Positions 37,420 to 46,826 of a stretch of 64,000 bases of DNA are shown one piece after another (position 1 is the stretch's first letter; each line of letters begins with the position of its first letter). Under the pieces are notes generated by a model. That model ran no database searches. It was not told the DNA's origin and saw nothing but the letters and a program-made list of their open reading frames with translations. Location: IMG/VR virus record IMGVR_UViG_3300024344_003081, one strand, 5' to 3'. The position numbers and the translations under genes are program-made. The stretch is from a virus (lineage: Duplodnaviria; Caudoviricetes).

Positions 37420-38234
37420 ATGAATTTACTTCTAGCAATCATATTAATTTTAGAGCCGCCCAATATAGTAATTTAAATTCTGTTTTAGGAATGTCTACTC
37501 TTGAAATAAATCCAACAGAACTTTGTAATAGGACATGTAGTTTTTGTCCCAGAGGAGATTGGTATCCCAATAAAAATGAACATTTATCAATAGATGATAC
37601 ATATTTAATTAAAAAAAGACTTGATGAATTTGAATATCAAGGAATTATTATTATAAGCGGTAAAGGGGAGCCTCTACTACATCCAAATATTTTTAAGATT
37701 GTTAATGTATTTAAAAATGAATGGATAGAATTAATCACAAATGGTGATAATATATTAGAATCACCAGATATATTAGATAAATTGTTTGATAGCGGATTAA
37801 GTAGAATAATTTTAGATGAATATGATAATGAAGAAAATTATAATAAAAAAATAGAAATTTTGGGCGATAGATGTGGAGTAGTAAAAAATCATTTTACAGG
37901 AATATTACAATCTTCAATTTATAACAATAGATCGGGATCTTTTAAAACTATAGAAAAGTCATTAGATAGAAAATGTTATTTACCTTTTTATAAAGGATAT
38001 ATTGATTTGACCATGGACCTTAGATTTTGTTGTAATGATTGGAAATATAAAGAAAGTTTGGGAAATTTAAGAGAAAATACATTAAAAGAACTTTGGATGT
38101 CTGATAAAATGAATAGATATAGAAAAGAATTATCTAAAGGTAATAGATGTAATATAATATCGTGTAAAGAATGTGATGCAAATGGATTGTTATTGGGTGA
38201 AAATAGTTATAATGAATTGATGGAGATTATATGA
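37416..38234 (+). CDS. radical SAM/SPASM protein
   Basis: CNRTCSFC; C-terminal C..CC.D..GN..W..C..C. Confidence 0.9.
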   Translation: MNEFTSSNHINFRAAQYSNLNSVLGMSTLEINPTELCNRTCSFCPRGDWYPNKNEHLSIDDTYLIKKRLDEFEYQGIIIISGKGEPLLHPNIFKIVNVFKNEWIELITNGDNILESPDILDKLFDSGLSRIILDEYDNEENYNKKIEILGDRCGVVKNHFTGILQSSIYNNRSGSFKTIEKSLDRKCYLPFYKGYIDLTMDLRFCCNDWKYKESLGNLRENTLKELWMSDKMNRYRKELSKGNRCNIISCKECDANGLLLGENSYNELMEII

Positions 38235-38902
38235 AATATGCAATGATAGCTTGCAGACTTGGTAGCACAAGAGCAAAATTTAAAAATTTAGCATTAATAG
38301 GTGGAGAGCCCATGATGGCATGGGCTACAAAAGCCGCTCTTGAATCAAATTGTTTTGATAAAGTCATAATTAATGGAGATAATGATATTTTTAAGCAGAT
38401 TGCAGAAGAATATGGTGTTGAATATTATGAAAGACCTATAGAATTGGGTTCATCTGAAACATTAATTGATGATGTATTTTATGATTTTATAGAAAAAAAT
38501 CCATGTGAAACTGCCGCAATAGTAAATACAGTTAATCCTCTGCAAACAGGAGAAGAAGTTGCTAAAGCAATGGCTTATTATGAAGATAATAAATTAGATT
38601 CTTGTAATACATATGAATTAAAATATGTTCATACGTGTTTAGGAGATACTCCTATTAATTTTGAATACGGTAAGATGTGTAAGACTCAAGATTTAGAACC
38701 TATAAAGTCAATAGCTTATTCTGTTCAAATAGTAAGAACGAAAGTTTTTATGAAAGAAAAACATATTTTTTGTGGAAAACATGGAATGTATGGTCCTATA
38801 TCAAAAAAAGCAGGAATGTTAGTTAAAACTCCCGAAGATATTAAGATAATAAATGCTATATTGCATTATCATTCATCAATTGGATATTATGAGGGACGAT
38901 AA
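38231..38902 (+). CDS. acylneuraminate cytidylyltransferase-like (NeuA/KdsB family)
   Basis: ACRLGSTRAKFKNL..GGEPM; ERP.ELG. Confidence 0.8.
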   Translation: MKYAMIACRLGSTRAKFKNLALIGGEPMMAWATKAALESNCFDKVIINGDNDIFKQIAEEYGVEYYERPIELGSSETLIDDVFYDFIEKNPCETAAIVNTVNPLQTGEEVAKAMAYYEDNKLDSCNTYELKYVHTCLGDTPINFEYGKMCKTQDLEPIKSIAYSVQIVRTKVFMKEKHIFCGKHGMYGPISKKAGMLVKTPEDIKIINAILHYHSSIGYYEGR

Positions 38903-39845
38903 AAAACATATAAAACTTCTTAAACGTGAAAGATCAAAAGGAGTTAATAAAAAAGGACTACCATTAGATAAAAATGAAAGAATTATTCCATTTTCTAAAT
39001 TTGAATTAGATGATTTGAGAAAACATTTGGGTACTAATCTTTGGAAATATCCTGATGTAGATGCATATTATAAAATTTTTGCCGATTGGTTGAAAATAGA
39101 TGAAAAGAAATTATTTTTTACTGAAGGAGTGTCTGGTGCTATTAGGTCTTTAATGGAATTATATGCCTCAAAAACAGTATATTATGATACTCCTACTTAT
39201 GCTATGTATGATGTTTATTCTGAAATTTTTAATTTGATTCATGCTCCTATGGAAAATGCTGATATAATATTTTTACAAAATCCAAATATTCCTTATGGCA
39301 CTACTTATAGTGAAGATCAAATTCGTAAAATATGTTTACTTAATTCAATGAAATTAATTGTATTAGATGATGTATATTTCGAATTTAATATGCCAGATCA
39401 TCTTTGGTTGATAGATGAAATTAAAAATTTGGTAATTATGAGAAGTTTTTCTAAAGCATTTGGATTAGCAAGTATTAGATTGGGTTATATAGTTTCAAAT
39501 GAAGAAAATATTAAATTTATTTCGAATAATAGAAATGGATATGAAACTAATTTATTATCTTTACAAACGGCTCATTATTTTATTCGTAATGAATCAATAA
39601 AAAATAATTATATTAATCAATTAAATTTTGGTCGTGATTATTTAATGGAACAATTGGATAGAATGAATATTGAAAGAGAAGGAGGATATTGTGGTAATTT
39701 TGTTTTTATTCGTACAGATCCTAAAAATACAGACAAACTTGCGGAAAAAGGTATTCTTGTAAGAAAATGTGATGATGGTATAAGAGTAACATTGGGTCCT
39801 AGAAATGAAATGGAGAAATTTATTGCTGTATTCAGAGACCTCTAA
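38889..39845 (+). CDS. PLP aminotransferase class I/II (HisC-like)
   Basis: LDKNE, NPN.PYG, DDVY, RSFSKAFGLASIRLGY. Confidence 0.88.
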   Translation: MRDDKKHIKLLKRERSKGVNKKGLPLDKNERIIPFSKFELDDLRKHLGTNLWKYPDVDAYYKIFADWLKIDEKKLFFTEGVSGAIRSLMELYASKTVYYDTPTYAMYDVYSEIFNLIHAPMENADIIFLQNPNIPYGTTYSEDQIRKICLLNSMKLIVLDDVYFEFNMPDHLWLIDEIKNLVIMRSFSKAFGLASIRLGYIVSNEENIKFISNNRNGYETNLLSLQTAHYFIRNESIKNNYINQLNFGRDYLMEQLDRMNIEREGGYCGNFVFIRTDPKNTDKLAEKGILVRKCDDGIRVTLGPRNEMEKFIAVFRDL

Positions 39846-40485
39846 TTTTGCTTTTTTCTTATGTCATAGTAATGCTAATCATTCTATTTGTATGGCTTTA
39901 GAAACTTTAATGGATCGTGAACACGATTATTCTTGGGACTGGGAAAATAGAAGCGAATATGGTTATAAACATGTATCACCATCGGGATTATTGTCTACAG
40001 ATTCTTTTAATTTTAAAGAAATAATAGGAGACGAATGGTATGATTTAAAAAAAATAACTACTGTTAGAAATCCCTGGTCTCGATTATATGATTTTTATAC
40101 TTGGCATTTTACTATAGAACGACCAATAAAAAAAATAGAACAAAAAATTTATGATTTTACAATATCAAAAAGTAGTTTTGATGAATGGATATCTTCTTTA
40201 GAAAAAGATAAAACTTTTGATTGGTGGGGAGAAATTTTTAATCAAGAAATTATGAGAAGACATTGTAATTATGTTATTAGATATGAGTATTTGAATGAAG
40301 ATATTAATAATATATTTCCAGGATTAAAGATTCCTTCTGCATCTGTATCTCATCCTGGTCAATGGTATGCGGAAGACAATAAATATTTAATGACTATTAA
40401 AACTAAAAATATTATTAACTATTTTTGTAAAGAAGATATTATAAATTACGAATATACATATGACGGAGAACAAACACTTAGTTAG
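39805..40485 (+). CDS. sulfotransferase family 2-like protein (start uncertain)
   Basis: TVRNPWSRLYDFY and IRYEYLNED; N-terminal PAPS loop degenerate. Confidence 0.6.
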   Translation: MKWRNLLLYSETSNFAFFLCHSNANHSICMALETLMDREHDYSWDWENRSEYGYKHVSPSGLLSTDSFNFKEIIGDEWYDLKKITTVRNPWSRLYDFYTWHFTIERPIKKIEQKIYDFTISKSSFDEWISSLEKDKTFDWWGEIFNQEIMRRHCNYVIRYEYLNEDINNIFPGLKIPSASVSHPGQWYAEDNKYLMTIKTKNIINYFCKEDIINYEYTYDGEQTLS

Positions 40486-40888
40486 AAAAGTGGGAGAAAT
40501 AGATTTAGATAAATTGATCGCCGCTTGTGAAGAACGTAGCTGGTTGAATCCCATTTTTGTTCATGATGATTCACCAAAAACATGGGAAGGTGGAGAGTTA
40601 CCAGATATACTACAAGAAATTAGTGAAGAATTTAACGTTACTCAATCGAGAATACTATGTTTGCCTCCTTTGTCTACATTAGATTATCACATGGATTCTA
40701 ATAATAGAATTAATATTCCTATACTTACTAATGATTATTGTTTTTTTATTTTTGATGATGTATTATATAAGTTTCCTGCAGATGGTAGTGTTTATTTAAC
40801 AAATACTAAAGTTTTACATACTGCAGTAAATGCATCTTATACACATCGTTTTCATTTAATAGGTTTTACAGATGTTGAATTTGATTGA
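40460..40888 (+). CDS. Asp/Asn beta-hydroxylase-like cupin oxygenase
   Basis: SRIL..YHMD..RINIPI..GSVYL..LHTAVN..RFHL. Confidence 0.7.
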   Translation: MTENKHLVRKVGEIDLDKLIAACEERSWLNPIFVHDDSPKTWEGGELPDILQEISEEFNVTQSRILCLPPLSTLDYHMDSNNRINIPILTNDYCFFIFDDVLYKFPADGSVYLTNTKVLHTAVNASYTHRFHLIGFTDVEFD

Positions 40889-41246
40889 AGACATGAATAT
40901 CGCATTAAAATATGGTTTAAAATTGATAAAAGAAGAATCTGTTCGAATGCCTGATATGACAACTTTACAATTACAATTGATTATAGAATGTGTGAGGGGA
41001 GGCGGTGGAACCGTTCCAGAAAGTACACAATCTGTTATTGGATATGATGACTTGACAGATAAAGATATAGATGTTTTTAGAAAAACAATTCAAAAAGAAT
41101 TGAATTTGTCGGATGATGATATGATTATAAATGATAATGATGAATTAAAAAATTATGTTTCAAAGACTGTTCATAGTAGTGCATGTTTGATAGGAAATGC
41201 TAAAAAAATTAATGGATCCACTGAATATTGGCAAGATGTCGGATGA
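40872..41246 (+). CDS. hypothetical protein
   Basis: coupled ORF. Confidence 0.55.
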   Translation: MLNLIEDMNIALKYGLKLIKEESVRMPDMTTLQLQLIIECVRGGGGTVPESTQSVIGYDDLTDKDIDVFRKTIQKELNLSDDDMIINDNDELKNYVSKTVHSSACLIGNAKKINGSTEYWQDVG

Positions 41247-41734
41247 TTTTTGATAAAATTTTACATAAAAATATTTATAATTATGGTATAGATTATGAAT
41301 TTAGAAAAAGAAATAAAGGCGATAGTATAGAATTTTATATTATTGAAGAATGTAGTAATGAAAAAGAATATAAATTTTATGTTTCTTCATATAGACCTTT
41401 GATAAAAAAATCGGGTTTAAAAAATCGAAATGGAGATTCTGATTATGCTTTGTTGTGGACTGATTTTCCAGAAAGAATTGATGATGCATTTGATAAGCAA
41501 ATGCAATGGCATTATAATAGAAATGTGGGTCTTGCTGATGTTGATTATAAAATTTCTTCTTTGATAATAAATCCTCATGGTATATTTTTTTATAGTTTGG
41601 GTAGTAATTTATATGTTCATGATTTAAAAATTTCAAACTATCAATTTTTTAATTCAACAGTATTAGAAAAAAATGTTTATTGGCAAATTGATCCTGTAAA
41701 ATTAAACTTTATACGTAAATATGAGATAATATGA
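41243..41734 (+). CDS. hypothetical protein
   Basis: ATGA coupling. Confidence 0.55.
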   Translation: MIFDKILHKNIYNYGIDYEFRKRNKGDSIEFYIIEECSNEKEYKFYVSSYRPLIKKSGLKNRNGDSDYALLWTDFPERIDDAFDKQMQWHYNRNVGLADVDYKISSLIINPHGIFFYSLGSNLYVHDLKISNYQFFNSTVLEKNVYWQIDPVKLNFIRKYEII

Positions 41735-43011
41735 AATGGACTGGTGATCCCAATTGGAATTATATTTTTGATGGCAGATTCTATACAAAAGAAGATTTAA
41801 AATGGATGGGGGCTAGTGAATCTCCAGGAGAAATATTAAAAACTCCTGAGGATTGGGATGCTTCTATAAAAAAATTAAGTGAAAAAACGGATCGATATAC
41901 GTGTATATATGAACCAGTGAAATGGGAACGTAATGATGTATTAAAAAAAATTTATGAAAATATACATCCCGAAAATGCTTCAAATACATTTTATTGTAAT
42001 GGAGATTTGAGACTTGAACAAAATCATGAAAAATTATTAAAAACATATAATTTTGATTTTCGTATAAATGTATATACATTTCCATGGATACCTATACAAT
42101 CTTGGATATGGAGAGATAAAAAATATACAGAAAAAAGTGGAATGAAGGGATGTTTTGGAGATACGTATATAAAACATGCGAAATTAGATTATCATAAAAA
42201 GTATAAAATAGTTTGTCCAGTTAATCATCCAAAAATTAACAGAGTAATGACTTTAGGTAAATTTGCTCAACATCATGAATTTGCATATTCATTTAAAAAT
42301 ACTGATACTGTAAATATTGATGGTTCTTTTAATGATGATGAGTTTTGGTATTATTTAACTCATGACATAGAATGTAGAGATAAGAAAAAATGGTCTTGGT
42401 CTAAAGATGGTAATTATATTGAAGGAGATGATTTTGTATTACCGGTTGATCATGGTATTAAATTTCCTATAAATGATTTTGATATTAGCACACAAAAAAG
42501 TTTAACAGATATATTACAAGTCCCATCAGTTTGGCCCGAAGATTTACAAGAAAATGATTATCACAATTATTTTCCAACATTGGAATGGTTACAATCTCAT
42601 ATTGAACTAATACATGAAACTTATTGTGTTAATAGTGGTGTTTTTAGTGAAAAAACAGCTAAGGTAATCGGACTTCAAAAACCCTTTCTTACCATTGGTT
42701 GTCAAAATTGGTATAAGCATTTTAAATCTTTTGGATTTAAATTATATGATGAATTATTTGATTATACGTTTGATTCAATGCCTTCTTATAAAGATAGATG
42801 GGAAAATATTATGCAACAATGTGAAAATATTTTAGAAACTTCACATGATGAATTGAATGATAAAATAGAAAAAATACAACCAAAACTTGACCACAATAAA
42901 GAAGTAATGAAAAGTATTGGAAGATCATATATGAATAGAGTTGTTGATGCTTGGTTATTAGCTAATAGAATTCTATCACTTTCTTTTGGATTTGCAAATG
43001 ATAAAAAATGA
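41731..43011 (+). CDS. GT10-like/GT-B-like hypothetical protein, copy 3
   Basis: ELIHET..FSEKTAK..KPFLTIG..FGFKLYDELFDYTFD. Confidence 0.5.
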   Translation: MKWTGDPNWNYIFDGRFYTKEDLKWMGASESPGEILKTPEDWDASIKKLSEKTDRYTCIYEPVKWERNDVLKKIYENIHPENASNTFYCNGDLRLEQNHEKLLKTYNFDFRINVYTFPWIPIQSWIWRDKKYTEKSGMKGCFGDTYIKHAKLDYHKKYKIVCPVNHPKINRVMTLGKFAQHHEFAYSFKNTDTVNIDGSFNDDEFWYYLTHDIECRDKKKWSWSKDGNYIEGDDFVLPVDHGIKFPINDFDISTQKSLTDILQVPSVWPEDLQENDYHNYFPTLEWLQSHIELIHETYCVNSGVFSEKTAKVIGLQKPFLTIGCQNWYKHFKSFGFKLYDELFDYTFDSMPSYKDRWENIMQQCENILETSHDELNDKIEKIQPKLDHNKEVMKSIGRSYMNRVVDAWLLANRILSLSFGFANDKK

Positions 43012-43978
43012 ATGGGATAAATTAAAAGAAGTTATTGTAGGAATTTCATATTCTAATTGTAATATAAATGGATTAGATAGAGTTATTGAAGAAACAAATG
43101 AAGATTTGGATGATCTAGAAAATATTTTTAAAGATTTAGGAGTAACTGTATATCGACCAAATCAACCAAAATTTTCTTTAGATGTACATCATCCAATAAT
43201 GCCTAGAGATATTTTAGGTTTTTTTGATGATGTAATTGTTAAAGCATATGGCGCAGTTTATTCACGTATTGAAGAACATAAATGTTATGAAGATATAATA
43301 AACGGACAATGTTTATTAGAAATGCCAGTTCCTAAAATAATTAAAACTGAGGAATATGAAATTGTACAAAATCATACGAATAAAATAAAAATGCAACAAC
43401 GATATGATAAATATGAAGATGAAGTGCTTTTTGAAACTGCGAATATTTTGAAATGTAATGATATGTTATTACATACACAGACCGCCAGTAAAGATACTGC
43501 AAATGGTAAAGGAACAGAAAAAGGATTAAACTGGTTGAAATCAAAATTTCCTGAAAAACAATGGGTGGAAATTCCTGCAGGAGGACATGCAGATGGAAAA
43601 TTAGCATTATTAAGAGAAGGTCTATTGTTGACTTGGAGAGAAGATTATATTCCTGATGAGTTGAAACATTGGGATAAAATAATAGTTCAGGATAATGCAG
43701 AGTTTCCTAAAGAATTTGTTGAGCAAAGAAAAAAACAATATTATACAGAATATGTAATGAAATATCTTTCTGATTGGGTTGGGTATGCAAGTGAAACTTG
43801 GTTTGATGTTAATTGTATTTCAGTAGATCCTAATACGATTATTACTGTAGGTAAAAATAAAGAAAATATTAAACAACTTGAAAAATATGATATTAATGTA
43901 GTTGTATGGAATTATAGACATCGTTATTTTTGGGATGGAGGGGCTCATTGTTGTACTCAGGACATATCAAGAATATAG
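42998..43978 (+). CDS. amidinotransferase-family protein (divergent)
   Basis: NEWDKLKEVIVG, MPRD, GHADG, DGGAHCCT. Confidence 0.85.
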   Translation: MIKNEWDKLKEVIVGISYSNCNINGLDRVIEETNEDLDDLENIFKDLGVTVYRPNQPKFSLDVHHPIMPRDILGFFDDVIVKAYGAVYSRIEEHKCYEDIINGQCLLEMPVPKIIKTEEYEIVQNHTNKIKMQQRYDKYEDEVLFETANILKCNDMLLHTQTASKDTANGKGTEKGLNWLKSKFPEKQWVEIPAGGHADGKLALLREGLLLTWREDYIPDELKHWDKIIVQDNAEFPKEFVEQRKKQYYTEYVMKYLSDWVGYASETWFDVNCISVDPNTIITVGKNKENIKQLEKYDINVVVWNYRHRYFWDGGAHCCTQDISRI

Positions 43979-44030
43979 CAGGAAGATAAATAGTTAAAAA
44001 TAATTAAGAACAATCTCAGAGGAACAAATT

Positions 44031-44630
44031 ATGTATATAACAAACAATAAAATTACAACAGATTTGGATCTATCTTCTTCTATAGAACTATTAAATAAAA
44101 TAAAATTTGCTCTTTTTTCTTCAGATGAAAGTTTGTTAAATTTTGATCTTTCTAATGCATTGAATTATGAACTTCCTAGATTGTATGTTATGGAAAGTAA
44201 TAATATTATGAATTTTATTGAATTTTATAAATCTGAACCAGATATAGATACAAAGAATTCATTAAAATCCTATTGTGCCCAACATCTTACTTGGACAAAT
44301 ACTTTATTTCATGTAACTGTATCTGATGCATTAGTAACTACAATTAACAAAGTTTTTACTAATTTTACAACAGCAATGGGTAGTGATGTAGATGAAAGAA
44401 TTGAATCTGCTACTGGTAGTCCATTATATGATGCAACAACTACAATAGGAACAAATTTGGACTCTGTTGATTTGACTAATATTGATTCAGAGACAGCTAA
44501 AACTTCATGGACGGAAAAAGAATTAAAAGATTTGGGAATTTTTATGTTACAAGCATCAGGAAGTATTCCATATGATTTAATTAAAGATGATGTATTGGTT
44601 GTTTTAAGTGATTCACCTACAAGTTTATAG
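44031..44630 (+). CDS. hypothetical protein
   Basis: own SD (GAGGA) and upstream GATAAATA; no enzyme motif. Confidence 0.6.
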   Translation: MYITNNKITTDLDLSSSIELLNKIKFALFSSDESLLNFDLSNALNYELPRLYVMESNNIMNFIEFYKSEPDIDTKNSLKSYCAQHLTWTNTLFHVTVSDALVTTINKVFTNFTTAMGSDVDERIESATGSPLYDATTTIGTNLDSVDLTNIDSETAKTSWTEKELKDLGIFMLQASGSIPYDLIKDDVLVVLSDSPTSL

Positions 44631-44653
44631 ATTTTTTAAAAATATATTATTTA

Positions 44654-46084
44654 ATGATTGATAAAGATCCTGAAAATCTTCCCTCATCTACTTTTTGTGC
44701 ATTACCGTGGATGCACATTTCTACTCGCCCCAATGGACATATGCGTGTATGTTGTACTGCAAATGCATCCGCAGTACAAGATAAAGATTCAACAAATAAA
44801 ACAATTTCAGAAGCAGGTGTTCTTAGGAGAGATGATGGAAAGCCTGCCAATTTAGCAACAACAAGTTTACTAGATGCATGGAATAATGAATATATGAAAT
44901 CCGTGCGAAAGATGATGCTTAGAGGTGAACGTCCTGCATCTTGTCTAAAATGTTTTAAGGAGGAAGATGCTGGACATAGATCAAAACGACAATGGGAAAC
45001 AGCAAAATGGGTTAACGAAATTGGACTTGAAGAAATTATTGATGAAACCACAGTTGAAGGAGCCGTTCCACCTAAAGTACGGTATATTGATCTTCGGCTT
45101 GGTAGTAAGTGTCAGCTTGCATGTGTTATGTGTAGTCCTCATGATTCATCTAAGTGGGTAAAAGAGTATAAAGAAATATATCCAGAAATAAAAAATCCTA
45201 GATTAAAAGATTCGCAATTATGGGAAAAGGAATCTGGAAAATTAGCTTGGTCTGGTGGATCATATGCTTGGCATAAATCAAATCCCAATTTCTGGGAAGA
45301 ATTTTATACTCAAGTGCCAACTCTTAAACAATTATATTGGGCTGGCGGTGAATCATTAATTATGAAAGAACATTATGAAGTTCTTGAAAAAATTATTGAG
45401 ATGGGTTATGCTAAAGATATTGAAGTTAGATATAATTCGAATGGACTTGAATGGGATTCTAATTTGTTTGATCTTTGGAAAGAATATAAGAATGTTATTT
45501 TTCATTTTAGTGTAGATTCATATAAAGAAAAAAATCATTTCATTAGATATCCTTCTCGTTGGAAAAGAATTGTAAAACAAATGCATGTGTTAGATGATTA
45601 TCCTCATGGTAATCTTAGATTGACAACAGCAACTACAATTACTGCTCTCAATATTTTTTATCTTCCAGAATTTATAAGTTGGAAATTAGAAGAAGATTGG
45701 AAATTACTTAATAAATTTCCTGCTGGTGCTGGTATGATTGATTTGCATCTTGCATATTGGCCCCCCCAATTAAATTGTAAGGTATTACCTAAATGGTTTA
45801 AACGAGATGTAACTGATAAATTCGAAGAGTTTTATCCATGGCTTGAAGAGAATTGGAAAAAATGTAATGGAGTTGAGGTCGAAAATATCGACTTCAAAGA
45901 GTGGAGAGAATTGCCGTATGGTATAAAAAGACTTGAGGGCCTTGTGTCTTTTATGAACTCTGAAGATTGGTCTGAAAGATTGCCCGAAACTGCTGAATGG
46001 TGTTTTACTATTGCAAAGACAAGAAACTTAGATTTTATAAAAATATTTCCTGATTTAGAATGGCTGGAGTGGTATGCAAATTGA
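44654..46084 (+). CDS. radical SAM protein with N-terminal Twitch domain
   Basis: FCALPW..CC..C..C; CQLACVMC; GGE. Confidence 0.9.
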   Translation: MIDKDPENLPSSTFCALPWMHISTRPNGHMRVCCTANASAVQDKDSTNKTISEAGVLRRDDGKPANLATTSLLDAWNNEYMKSVRKMMLRGERPASCLKCFKEEDAGHRSKRQWETAKWVNEIGLEEIIDETTVEGAVPPKVRYIDLRLGSKCQLACVMCSPHDSSKWVKEYKEIYPEIKNPRLKDSQLWEKESGKLAWSGGSYAWHKSNPNFWEEFYTQVPTLKQLYWAGGESLIMKEHYEVLEKIIEMGYAKDIEVRYNSNGLEWDSNLFDLWKEYKNVIFHFSVDSYKEKNHFIRYPSRWKRIVKQMHVLDDYPHGNLRLTTATTITALNIFYLPEFISWKLEEDWKLLNKFPAGAGMIDLHLAYWPPQLNCKVLPKWFKRDVTDKFEEFYPWLEENWKKCNGVEVENIDFKEWRELPYGIKRLEGLVSFMNSEDWSERLPETAEWCFTIAKTRNLDFIKIFPDLEWLEWYAN

Positions 46085-46826
46085 AATTCCCAAAACAATA
46101 CGTAGATTGAAACAAAAATTCATTGAAGAACTTTATTCAAAATATGAGGGCGAAGATGTTTGGAAAAATCTAAGACATTATAAAGACAAATGTTATGAAG
46201 AAAAGTTTGTAAATACTATAGGTATTTGGATGTCGGGTGGAGCAGATAGTTCAATGTTAGCATATTTACTTGCTAAAAAAATTAAAGAAGAAAATTTAAA
46301 TATAAAAATTCAACCTTTGTCTGTTAGAAGAGGAAGACCTAATAATCCAATATATGCTGGAAATGTTATAGATTGGATTGAAGAAGAATTAAATATTAAA
46401 ATGAATGATCATATCATATATTTTCCAGATATTACAGATAAGCATCAACGAGAAATAAAAGAATTTTGGGATAGAGATGATGAAAATTTTAGAAATGATT
46501 TATTTCAAATTCTTTATTCTGGAATAACGTGTAATCCTCCTGTTAATGATAAAACTATTCCTTTAAATAAAGAACGTAGTAGAGATGAAAATGCGGATAG
46601 ACCTTTAATATCAGAAAATGGAATTCGTTATTATTTAAATCCTTTTTTTGATATAAACAAAAAACAATTAGCAGAATTATATAAAGAAAATAATTTATTA
46701 AATACTCTTTTTTCTCAAACTTATAGTTGTGAGGGAGAGGCCGAAGACACTAAAACACATACTCAGCATTGTGAAAAATGTTGGTGGTGTCAAGAAAGAT
46801 TTTGGGCGTTTGGAAGATATGTATAA
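46074..46826 (+). CDS. QueC-like PP-loop ATPase
   Basis: SGGADSS PP-loop; TYSC..CEKCWWC.ER zinc site. Confidence 0.7.
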   Translation: MQIEIPKTIRRLKQKFIEELYSKYEGEDVWKNLRHYKDKCYEEKFVNTIGIWMSGGADSSMLAYLLAKKIKEENLNIKIQPLSVRRGRPNNPIYAGNVIDWIEEELNIKMNDHIIYFPDITDKHQREIKEFWDRDDENFRNDLFQILYSGITCNPPVNDKTIPLNKERSRDENADRPLISENGIRYYLNPFFDINKKQLAELYKENNLLNTLFSQTYSCEGEAEDTKTHTQHCEKCWWCQERFWAFGRYV

